In this document: one piece after another, positions 18,301-25,664 of the stretch
Layout of the letters: each line of letters begins with the position of its first letter
How positions within the stretch are numbered: the first letter of the stretch is position 1
Assembly (NCBI GenBank): GCA_043821645.1
Contig: JBDRCO010000048.1
Coordinates: 1-30,169 of the forward strand
Reading direction: 5' to 3'
Source of the DNA: Pseudomonadota bacterium
GTDB taxonomy: Bacteria; Myxococcota; JACRCW01; JAFGSX01
Length of the DNA: 30,169 nt
Made by a program: the position numbers and the translations under genes
The notes under the pieces: generated by a model
Seen by the model: the letters and a program-made list of their open reading frames with translations, nothing else
What the model was told of the DNA's origin: nothing
Database searches by the model: none

Positions 18301-19408
18301 GGGCAAGTACGTGCCCCAGGGCTCGGAGATCACGCCCGGCGACATCCGCGACATGCTCAAGGTGGCCAGGGCCGACGACGGGCGGAGCATGGCCGAGCTG
18401 TGGGACAGCGTGTGGACCCAGGATCCCAAAGTCGGCATCGTCACCGACGACAACTACCTGGACAGCGCCTTTTACACCGACGCCCAGTACCGCGCCGAGA
18501 CCCGGAAGAAGCTGCAGGATCAGACCCGCGACAAGCTCGAGGCCGCGTTCATCGACCAGAGCGGCGACCCGCCCAAGCTCACCGCCGAGGGCGAGAAGAT
18601 GTACGCCAACCTGATGAAGAACCCGGCCCTGATCGAGAGCGAGACCGGCAGCCTCATCTTCCGTTCGAGCTTCACCGGCGAGGACAGGCCCGGCAAGTCG
18701 GGCGCTGGCCAGTACGAGAGCTACGTCGACCGCAAGATGGCCAAGCGCCTGTACGGCGAGCCCAAGACCAACGAGATGTTCGGCATCTACGAGGCCGCGC
18801 GCAAGGCGCTGGACGAGGCCAAAAAAGGCGGCGACCAGGCGATCATCAGCGCTGCCCAGGCCGAATACGACAAGGTGCGCGACGCCCACATCGCCTTCAT
18901 GGGCCCGGCGCGGCTCAAGTCGGCCATCGGCGTCATCGAGTCCACCTGGATGCCCGAGCCCATCGAGAACAACGTGGCCGAGGGCTTCTTCCTCAAGTAC
19001 ATCGGGCCCACCGTGGCGGTGCAGGACTGCCTCAAGCCGGACATCTCGGGCGTGACCATCTCGCGCGACGTCGAGACCGGCGCCCGCGGCCAGGTCACGG
19101 CACAGATCGTCAAGGGATTCGGCGGTGGCGTCGACGGCGGCAAGACCACCGAGGCGGTCATCGGCCAGGGCACGACCCAGCTCAAGATCGTCGACGGCCA
19201 GCCCGCGGACGGCAGCGACGTCACGGTGCAGGGCATCCAGGTCAGCGACCAGGACATGCAGACCCTGCGCACCATCGTGCTGGAGACCGAGAAGTTTTTC
19301 CACGAGACCATCGAGCCGGGCAAGGGCTACGCCGTGGACATGGAAGTGGCGCGCCACAACGGCGAGTGGAAGGTCGTGCAAGCCCGCGTCATCATGATGG
19401 ACAAGTAG
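15380..19408 (+). CDS. Dikinase of the PEP-utilising superfamily with glucan-water-dikinase-like domain order (helical N-terminal region, phospho-His domain, C-terminal ATP-grasp), 1342 aa
   Basis: Phospho-His motif GGTSHLNMDAMNNGIPVV (His codon 17807-17809) precedes the ATP-grasp motifs AGEKG (18251), VPQG, RSSFTGED...AGQYES (18662), VAVQ...SGV, GFGGGVDGG, DMEV and VVQAR. There is no PEP/pyruvate TIM barrel. AAGGA RBS; strongly biased codon usage. Confidence 0.88.
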   Translation: MTTINTTRPGTNVPPITTTTTPVDDAPKELGVKAPESPDALKRDEVGRAAAKKLIDVVSANKDVAGTGQESAARGDPRVTERRGALSTLIAEKSGRGPVFMGMLDALGSNVANDVKWLMSADRADYKLDGDSKQFDWAKSDMSGPSAIKKEFDKRVKKGQERAKGIDDQSKSFLDVSDSSVIGLSFIQDPKLRAESMMDTLLQFRARTDKANQAEVTSGDNATRMDQIAPALVAEQRILLASADLAVDDPVKMREFALLREVIASHPTSSVNGIFDARNAVGKLFMDGNDNYSSTTHDMAWIKEEKAPGATASAYKAIHHNFSRDTPNNIACTIKEWVFPVGPAEHREKLFLTLCDAVTQARAGQGDAVKKQLLALGAPTKDTLQPLLDKLASASGTGVADAIATFMVENAQKPLCASPRKALDQMAKKAADLASGMYHYDKPGEYKKIREAIAGYGEPLATQLKGLKDAIKDLPDEKIGEAMQKWLKDNESLTLVGNVEGNLAMFARLYRAVCADQPNVDTLEKNIFKAGDAWPEVADVIARLRAGNDLGALKELGEARLALRDAVVNAKTGFERHELIKFDAQLSRLTCTELGAAVDRVADLKTDGQKSEALLGVQTALRAAIASGLHTIKSDDDTGARRSTPLDQVLTQVDAAIASGKVNEDQYRELMCAVYKSTASTIQNMRAFADLRAADVASGGVQLDPMFMDQFVKQSPLHYASALAQKGMRVGLREKITPRSIENVEGMRVLNSVGPVVFTSVVTAENSKQLAEMGTSKDQLAVLYKLEEKKMVAVGGLFVDTENAPGGTSHLNMDAMNNGIPVVALPELRTKYAEFFQNAEREGGVYIDDHAGGFRMLTVDKAIEEGLIPGGVAGDPVASKAAIDNLRPGVNRKITFLKPTDDGKAWDVMARHDAIINDDRVTRVIEIYSPQEEVAGIGRGCPTWAELAKLGTHARHLAGEKGTVLALLSAHPVLGKYVPQGSEITPGDIRDMLKVARADDGRSMAELWDSVWTQDPKVGIVTDDNYLDSAFYTDAQYRAETRKKLQDQTRDKLEAAFIDQSGDPPKLTAEGEKMYANLMKNPALIESETGSLIFRSSFTGEDRPGKSGAGQYESYVDRKMAKRLYGEPKTNEMFGIYEAARKALDEAKKGGDQAIISAAQAEYDKVRDAHIAFMGPARLKSAIGVIESTWMPEPIENNVAEGFFLKYIGPTVAVQDCLKPDISGVTISRDVETGARGQVTAQIVKGFGGGVDGGKTTEAVIGQGTTQLKIVDGQPADGSDVTVQGIQVSDQDMQTLRTIVLETEKFFHETIEPGKGYAVDMEVARHNGEWKVVQARVIMMDK

Positions 19409-19465
19409 TCACGACGTCCCCGCGCGGCGCGGCGACACCGACGGACATCGGGATCGAGAGACACC

Positions 19466-19810
19466 ATGCCTTACACGACGACGGCCAAGCAGTTCATCGA
19501 GGGCGGCAAGTTGCAGGACCTGCTGGGTCACCCGGCGACCAGTGGCCTGAAGGCTCTGATCAAGCTCGCCATCAGCGGCGACGACGGCGGCACCTGGTAC
19601 TACGACGTGGGCGACAAGAAGCTCAGCAAGAAGTCCACGGCCAAGCCCAGCTGCATCATCGAGGCCCAGGACATCGACTTCATGGCCCTGGTCGAGGGCC
19701 GCATGAGCCCTTCGGACGGCATGATCACCGAACGCCTGCATGTTGCCGGTGACACGACCCTGGTCACGCGCCTGATGACGGCGCTGAGCCAGGTGCAGCA
19801 GCAAGCTTAG
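19466..19810 (+). CDS. SCP2 sterol/lipid-binding domain protein
   Basis: IKLAISGDDGGTWYYDV...PSCIIEAQDIDFMALVEGRMSPSDGMITERLHVAGDTTLVTRL is the typical SCP2 pattern. Confidence 0.88.
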   Translation: MPYTTTAKQFIEGGKLQDLLGHPATSGLKALIKLAISGDDGGTWYYDVGDKKLSKKSTAKPSCIIEAQDIDFMALVEGRMSPSDGMITERLHVAGDTTLVTRLMTALSQVQQQA

Positions 19811-19967
19811 CTTGTCGCACGGACCCTTGACCTAGGCGGCCGACGGGTGGCGCCGAGCAGGGGGGCCCCCGCCGCGCGCAGGGACGAGCACGGTGGGGGA
19901 GGCGAGGTGACAGGACCCGTCGAAAGAGCGTGTAAGCGGGTCGGTGCGAGATGATATCGGGGGCCGC

Positions 19968-20846
19968 GTGACGACGATCTCGAGCACCACCCAGCAGACC
20001 CTGCGCGCCGTGTTCGGCGACCGCGTGCCCGCGGACGCGACGCAGGCCCTGGGTATGCTCGATGCGAGCCCGCTCAGGCCTCGAGATCCCACGGCGCTGC
20101 AGGCCCTGCGCGCGGCGGTGCTCGAGGGGGCGGCGCGATCCCTCGAGGAGCTCAAGCAGAGCAACCCGACCCTGGCCGCAACCATCCCCCCACCCTCCTC
20201 GGTCGCGCACCAGCCCATGCCACCGGCCATGGCCTTGCGCCTCAGCGAGCTGCAGCGCATCCGTGACGCGACACCCGCCGATGGCCTGCAGCGCACCGTG
20301 AGCCTGGCCCGGGCCCGCGAGCTTTTCGACATGCTCGCCGCTGCGCCCGATATCCCCCACGACTTCATCGACGAGGGCTGCCACTACCGGGCCCACGTCG
20401 AGAACAAGCGCCTTGAAGAGGCTGGGGTGTTCAGCGAGAAGATCTTCATCGTGCCCGACGGCGGCGATCTGCGCATGAACAGCGAGCACTCGCCGATCGG
20501 CTTCACCCTGGCCATGTTTCACACCGCGCCCTGCATCGCGGTCAAGCTCGACGACGGCAGCATCGAACGACGGGTGCTCGACCCCAGCATGGGGGACCAT
20601 CCCCTGACCATCGACGAGTGGTCCACCACCATGCACGGCCTCAACGGCAAGCCTTGCTCCTTCGTGGTGCTGCCGCGCTTTGCCATGCACCTGATGGACC
20701 GCGACAATCCACCCGCGACCTGGCGCCAGGCCGACCTCGACGACGCCCTGGCCTGGAACACGCAATACAAGGCCCTGCAGCAAGACATGCTGGACAGCGG
20801 TTTCTACGACAGCCTCAAGGAGATGGCCGGCGCCGCTGGGGGGTGA
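19968..20846 (+). CDS. Protein-glutamine glutaminase (deamidase) family protein, no signal peptide
   Basis: IPHDFIDEGCHYRAH (Cys, 20379), KIF, MFHTAP (His, 20520) and VLDPSM (Asp, 20580) form the Cys-His-Asp triad of protein glutaminases, with a His-Asp spacing of 20. GTG start at 19968 preferred; 19944 is an alternative. Confidence 0.85.
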   Translation: MTTISSTTQQTLRAVFGDRVPADATQALGMLDASPLRPRDPTALQALRAAVLEGAARSLEELKQSNPTLAATIPPPSSVAHQPMPPAMALRLSELQRIRDATPADGLQRTVSLARARELFDMLAAAPDIPHDFIDEGCHYRAHVENKRLEEAGVFSEKIFIVPDGGDLRMNSEHSPIGFTLAMFHTAPCIAVKLDDGSIERRVLDPSMGDHPLTIDEWSTTMHGLNGKPCSFVVLPRFAMHLMDRDNPPATWRQADLDDALAWNTQYKALQQDMLDSGFYDSLKEMAGAAGG

Positions 20847-20907
20847 GCGCCGTCGGATGTGCAACCGACGGTTATAGGGTGCCCAGTGCACCCGCAGGGG
20901 GGGAGCG

Positions 20908-21159
20908 ATGTCAGGACCACGCGAGACCAATCCTGATGCCTTGCCACTCAAGGGCAGCGTGCTGCAGCTCAGCGAGCCCCGCGACGGCAAGCACCGGGTC
21001 ACCTTCAAGGAGCTGGCGTCGATCTACTACGTCGACGACACCCACCCCGAGCGCGACCGCATCCTGGTCGCCCTGCAGCGCTCCCTCGACACAGGGGAGG
21101 TGCTGCGCCTGACCTACTCGATCCGGGACAAGTGCTTGACGGGGTTCGACGAGGGCTGA
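20908..21159 (+). CDS. Small protein resembling the inhibitory pro-domain of protein glutaminase; candidate immunity protein
   Basis: GGAG RBS. RVTFKELASIYYVDDTHPERDRILVALQRSLDTGEVLRLTY aligns by eye with the recalled pro-region pattern VxFxxxAxxYxI...LxxAxxxxxPVxI. Confidence 0.68.
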   Translation: MSGPRETNPDALPLKGSVLQLSEPRDGKHRVTFKELASIYYVDDTHPERDRILVALQRSLDTGEVLRLTYSIRDKCLTGFDEG

Positions 21160-21181
21160 GGCCCCTTTTCCCTTGCCGAGA

Positions 21182-24100
21182 TCACGGAGCCACGCAGATG
21201 GTCGCAGGCAGTGTCGACGTCGTGTTCGACAGCGCCACGGTGGGCGACGCAGCGTTGTAGCGCACCGTGTAGACCTGCGTCGGAACCTCGGGGGGAGCCG
21301 GGCACAAGCCATTGCAGGTATGGGTCCAGTAGGCATGGGTGGCGGTGACCTGCTTGGCGATGTCGCTGTCAATGTAGGGTGATCCCGAGCATCCCGTCGA
21401 CGCTGTGGCGGTGGCGAGCGCCTGCAGCTCAGTGAGCGTCGGAAGTCTGAAGTTCGAGTGGAACAGCGTGGTCAAACCTTGGCAGTAGCTGTATGCCTGG
21501 GCCCAGGTCCTGAAGGTGGTGCAGGTGGCCGGCACGTAATACAGCGCGCCATTCATCCTGTCGAAGACGCAGGTGTAACCTCCCCCCACCGCGAGGCACT
21601 GCGACCAGCCGTAGAACCTGTCCTGGCAGGTCCGGTCGTAGCAGATATCGTGCTGCGTGCTCGCGTCGCCATCGTTGCACGGTGTTCCGTCCGTCTTCGG
21701 ATCCCAGGTATTGCTGCCAGAGCACACCTCGCAAAAGTTCGAGGGCCGGTCGGCTCCCTGGCTGGTACAGGCTCCGGCCTCGAGACAGCTCGCTGTGCTG
21801 CTGTCCCAGTCGTGCCCGCAGGTGCTGCCACCCGTGCACAGATCTGCGGTGCAGGACAGCGTGTCGGCCGTGCAGGGTTCACTCGGGGCCTTTGGCGACC
21901 ATCCCAGCGGTCTCAGGTCCGGATCGCAATGCTCGCACTCGATCGCCGGATTGGTGAACCCTTCGGCCCGGCAATTTCCGTTGATGTAGCACTGACCTGC
22001 CGCCACCGACGAGAAGAGGCACTGCCCTGGATTGGAGCCGGAGCCACCATCACAGCGGTCCACGGTGCAGGCAAGCCCGTCGTCGTTGCAGGATGTCCCC
22101 AGGGGCTTCGGGTCTGCATGGCACTCGTAGGTCGTGCTGGTCAACTTCACGCACAGACCGTCATTGCAGGCATCGTCGAGCGAGGTGCAATTGGGTGTAC
22201 CTGGGCCAGGCTGGCAGTCCCCCGAGAGGCAGTGATCCCCGAGGGTACAGGGGTCGTCGTCGCTGCAGCTCGCCGCGTCGTCGTCCGCCAGCACGCAGGC
22301 ATGGCTGGGGCAGGTCCACTTCTGGCACGTCGGCGCCGTGCCACAGTCCTCGGGGAGGTTGCAGTTGCCCGTCACACACAGGCCGCCGGCCGAGCAGACC
22401 TTGCCGATGCCACACTCCGGTGTGTTGAGGCAGGGGGTGCAATCGCCGCTCCTGCAGATCTTGGTGCCGGACGCGCACAGGGTTCCATCGGTGACGGCAT
22501 CACCCGTCTTCTGGCCGGCGCCGTCACAGTGATCGTTGATGGTGCATTCCTTGCCGTCGTCGACCTGACCGGTGCCCCCAGTCCAGAAGGCGCAGGTTGT
22601 GCTCCCGCCCACGCATTCGCCCGTGGTCAGGCAACCGCTCACCGGCGTCCAGGTGCAATCGCTGTTGGGATCGGTGCTGGCGTCAGCCCAGCGACAGCCG
22701 CCGAAGTCGTCGCAGACCTGGCAGTCGCTGGGGCAGTCGTCGTGCGGGTCCTGCCCCGAGGCCACGAAGCTGCACTGGATGGCGCTGGCCGGTCGCTGGC
22801 AGGTGCGACAGGTTCCACAACGCGTACCTACGGTCTTGTCGACCCAGGCGTCCAGGGTTCCATCGCAGTACTGGCAGGGGTTCGCAGGATTGGGGTCACC
22901 GTGCAGATAGCAGATCCCATCGAGGAAACATCCCGTCCACGATGTCTTTTCCTCGAGGGTGCAGTCGCCTGGGCCCGTGCCATGGCACACGCCGTTGGCG
23001 CAGGAGTTTCCGGTGCAGGTGTAGCTCGCCCCTGCGCACACGCCGGGAACGGTGGCGCTGCAGGTATCGCCCTGGGTACAGGCCAGGTTGTCGTTGCAGC
23101 CCTGACCAGGATTCGGGCTCCAGGCAAAGGGCGTGGTCAGCCGAGTGCATCGGGAACACACGTCGTTGGCCTTCGTGTCGCCCTCGTCCAGTACCAGGCC
23201 GTCGATCCAGCAGGCTCCATCAACACAGGCGCCTCCCGCACAGACCCGACCTGTCCCGCACTCGCCAGCGAGGCAGTCACGGCACTCGAAGGTGTCGCAG
23301 ATGCGCTGCCCGCCCGCACACTGGTTGTCGTTGGTGCAACCCACGCAGCTCTGACTCGAGGTATTGCAGGTCATGCCCTGGCCCGTGCAGTAGCTGTCAT
23401 CGCCGGTCGTGCAATCCACACAGGCCGCCTGGTCGCACACGCGACCGAGTGCGCATTCTACCACGTCGTTGCACTGGGCCAGGACGCAGGACCCGGACAC
23501 ACACAGCACGCTCGACGGGTAGCCGTTGACCTGGCAGTCGTCGAGGGTGGCCAGAGCGTCGTTGGCGCAAGCGCGACAGGTGTAGTCCTCGCACACGCCA
23601 TTGCTGGGCGAGCTACAGGGCTCGGCGTTGGGGAAGCAATTGCCGGCCTCGCAGCGCCCGGTGTCGACGTCGCACACATAACCACTCGCCACGCCGGCCC
23701 GCGCCAGGCACTCGGCGGTGGACTGGCACGAACGGCAACGAGAATCGCTGCCGCACACCGGACGGTCTGCCGGGCAGCCCGTCGAGTCCAGGCAGTTGGC
23801 CTCGACGCAGCGTCCGGATACACACAGGGTGCCGGCCGCGTAGCCGCCGTGCAGGCTGTCCAGGCAGTCCGGAGCCTGATCGCAGGTCTCACAACGTCCC
23901 GCCGTCGAGCACACCAGCTTGACCAGCTGGCAATCCGTGCCGGCCGTGCAGGTGGTGGGAGCGCAGGTACCATCGCTCTGGCAAGCGAGCGCGGAGTCGC
24001 CATAGGCGTCGCGGCAGGCCTGGTCGTCTGTGCCAGGAACACAGGCGGTGCACAGGCTCGACGTCGTGCACAGTCCACCGGAGCAGTCTGCCGCCGCCAT

Positions 24101-24628
24101 GCACGCGTCGCACACACCGTCGACGCAGCCCTCCCCGCTCCGGCACTCCTGCGCCACTCGGCAACTGTTGCATTCGCCAGTGGTGGTACGACAGCCGAGA
24201 CCGTCGTCGCACTGCACAGCACCCGTGCACGGTCCGCACACGCCGCCGACGCAACCCTCTCGCAACGAGACCCGGCAATCGGCGCCACCGTGGCAGGTGC
24301 CGCAATGGCCCTGGTAGCAGCCCTGGCCGCTCGGGCATTGCTCCGCGCCGGTGCAGGAGCCGCCATCACCCACGACGACATCCGCCGCGGCACCATCCGT
24401 GCCCGCCGCGTCTGTCGTTGCCCGATCTGCAGATCCTGCGTCCGAGAGGGCGCCATCCACGGCTGCTGCGTCCAGGGTGAGGCCGTCCTGTGCCACGGTA
24501 TCGGTCGTCGCGGCGTCGCGCGGGGTCGAGCCGTCTGCATTGCTGGGGGTCTCGGGTGGACAACCCAGCCCAAGGAACGAGGTCGCCACGACAACACACA
24601 CGAGGACAGTGCGACGGGACATGATCAT
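21182..24628 (-). CDS. Large Cys-rich repeat lipoprotein with C-terminal DUF1566/Lcl (C-type lectin fold) domain
   Basis: Lipobox FLGLGC, Asp/Ala linker and >100 Cys in repeats. C-terminal TWAQAYSYCQGL...FRLPTLTELQAL...YWT. Alternative start at 24622. Confidence 0.85.
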   Translation of the reverse strand: MIMSRRTVLVCVVVATSFLGLGCPPETPSNADGSTPRDAATTDTVAQDGLTLDAAAVDGALSDAGSADRATTDAAGTDGAAADVVVGDGGSCTGAEQCPSGQGCYQGHCGTCHGGADCRVSLREGCVGGVCGPCTGAVQCDDGLGCRTTTGECNSCRVAQECRSGEGCVDGVCDACMAAADCSGGLCTTSSLCTACVPGTDDQACRDAYGDSALACQSDGTCAPTTCTAGTDCQLVKLVCSTAGRCETCDQAPDCLDSLHGGYAAGTLCVSGRCVEANCLDSTGCPADRPVCGSDSRCRSCQSTAECLARAGVASGYVCDVDTGRCEAGNCFPNAEPCSSPSNGVCEDYTCRACANDALATLDDCQVNGYPSSVLCVSGSCVLAQCNDVVECALGRVCDQAACVDCTTGDDSYCTGQGMTCNTSSQSCVGCTNDNQCAGGQRICDTFECRDCLAGECGTGRVCAGGACVDGACWIDGLVLDEGDTKANDVCSRCTRLTTPFAWSPNPGQGCNDNLACTQGDTCSATVPGVCAGASYTCTGNSCANGVCHGTGPGDCTLEEKTSWTGCFLDGICYLHGDPNPANPCQYCDGTLDAWVDKTVGTRCGTCRTCQRPASAIQCSFVASGQDPHDDCPSDCQVCDDFGGCRWADASTDPNSDCTWTPVSGCLTTGECVGGSTTCAFWTGGTGQVDDGKECTINDHCDGAGQKTGDAVTDGTLCASGTKICRSGDCTPCLNTPECGIGKVCSAGGLCVTGNCNLPEDCGTAPTCQKWTCPSHACVLADDDAASCSDDDPCTLGDHCLSGDCQPGPGTPNCTSLDDACNDGLCVKLTSTTYECHADPKPLGTSCNDDGLACTVDRCDGGSGSNPGQCLFSSVAAGQCYINGNCRAEGFTNPAIECEHCDPDLRPLGWSPKAPSEPCTADTLSCTADLCTGGSTCGHDWDSSTASCLEAGACTSQGADRPSNFCEVCSGSNTWDPKTDGTPCNDGDASTQHDICYDRTCQDRFYGWSQCLAVGGGYTCVFDRMNGALYYVPATCTTFRTWAQAYSYCQGLTTLFHSNFRLPTLTELQALATATASTGCSGSPYIDSDIAKQVTATHAYWTHTCNGLCPAPPEVPTQVYTVRYNAASPTVALSNTTSTLPATICVAP
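21620..24360 (-). repeat. Cys-rich tandem protein repeats
   Basis: Six CxDxxxCTxxDxC-like units (CNDNLACTQGDTC, DDGKECTINDHC, CSDDDPCTLGDHC, CNDDGLACTVDRC, CTADTLSCTADLC, CNDGDASTQHDIC). Four C[WFYL][ILE]xGx..CxxC units. Many CxxxxxC..GxxCxxGxC units. Confidence 0.75.
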
Positions 24629-24806
24629 CTCGGACCCCCAGGCAACACGGGCGGCAAGAAGTGAAATAGTAGTCTAGCAGGGCGCCCACCGAGGGTCGAG
24701 GCAGCGGGTCACGGACGCAGTTCGCCATCGCGGCCGTGGATGCTAGGCTGGCGGCTCACTCGGAAACGGGCACTGCTTGGAGGGTGTCCAATCGGGGGTT
24801 CTGGCC

Positions 24807-25664
24807 ATGGCGAAACATTCATGTCTTCCGGGCACGGCCATGATGCTGCTGCAGCTGGCATCGGCAGTTGCGCTGGCCCAGGCTCAAACACAGACGGCGA
24901 GCGACAAGACGCCGCCTGCCCCGCCCTCCATCCTTGTCCTCAAGACCCGCGTCACGGGCAAGGCAGCTGAGTCCGTTGACGCCACCACTCTGAGCAACCT
25001 GGCCGCGACGATCTTCAATGACAGCGGCCGCTACCAGGTGTCCAGCTACGAGGATGTGGTGGCGATGCTCGACGCCGAGCAGCAGAAGCAGCTGGCTGGC
25101 TGTGACGACGTGAGCTGCATGGCCGACATCGGCAGCGCCCTGGGTACACAGTTCCTTCTGTACACGCAAGTGGGTGAGGCCGGGGGCGTCACCGTGGTCA
25201 GCGCGAGCGTCATCGAAGCAGCCAAGGCGGCCGCCGTGGACAGGCAGTCCGTCTCCATCGACAACTCGCGGCAGATCGTCGATGCGGTGGGTGTGGTGTG
25301 CAAGCGCTTGCTCGGCGAACAGGCCGAACTCCCGGCGCCTCCCCCGTCGGCCGCCAGCTTCGACCCGTGGTTCGTGGCCTGGCCAGCGCTCGGCACAGGC
25401 GTGGTGGCGGGCATCGTCGGCCTCGGAGGCACGGGGGCCGCGCTGTACTTCAGCGGCGCGGCGCAAGATGCCCAGGACAGCACCGCCTTTGAGGCCTACC
25501 GCGGTAGCGGACACACGGCGAACACGGTCGCCCTCATCGGCTATGTCGCAGGTGGTGTACTGCTCCTGGGGGGTGCAAGCGCGGCTGTCCTTGGGCTGTT
25601 ACGAGGGTCCGGTGACGACGGATCCACAAGCGGCGGCTCCTCTGCAGAGGAGGTGAAGCCATGA
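24807..25664 (+). CDS. Exported protein with TolB_N/CsgG-like domain and C-terminal Gly-rich hydrophobic helices
   Basis: Signal peptide ...LASAVALA, then EQQKQLAGCDDVSCMADIGSALGTQFLLYTQVG, a pattern typical of myxobacterial proteins, and two Gly/Ala-rich hydrophobic segments. ATGA-coupled to the next gene. Confidence 0.75.
   Translation: MAKHSCLPGTAMMLLQLASAVALAQAQTQTASDKTPPAPPSILVLKTRVTGKAAESVDATTLSNLAATIFNDSGRYQVSSYEDVVAMLDAEQQKQLAGCDDVSCMADIGSALGTQFLLYTQVGEAGGVTVVSASVIEAAKAAAVDRQSVSIDNSRQIVDAVGVVCKRLLGEQAELPAPPPSAASFDPWFVAWPALGTGVVAGIVGLGGTGAALYFSGAAQDAQDSTAFEAYRGSGHTANTVALIGYVAGGVLLLGGASAAVLGLLRGSGDDGSTSGGSSAEEVKP

Noticed and set aside
16427-19381. 984-aa antisense ORF opposite the dikinase
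   Set aside because: Shadow ORF produced by strong GC3 codon bias on the sense strand; no motifs, and it lies entirely within a well-supported gene.
15380-19408. Annotation as ppsA / ppdK or rifampicin phosphotransferase
   Set aside because: The domain order is wrong for all three, and the PEP/pyruvate barrel is absent.
19811-19922. Structured RNA between the SCP2 and deamidase genes (CGACGGGT/ACCCGTCG 8-bp inverted repeat, GGGGGCCCCC palindrome)
   Set aside because: Short GC-rich pairings are expected by chance, and there is no recognisable family or U tract.
21458-24664. 1068-aa plus-strand ORF opposite the Cys-rich lipoprotein
   Set aside because: Its Ala-rich translation is the mirror of TGC/TGT Cys codons; no RBS or domain support.
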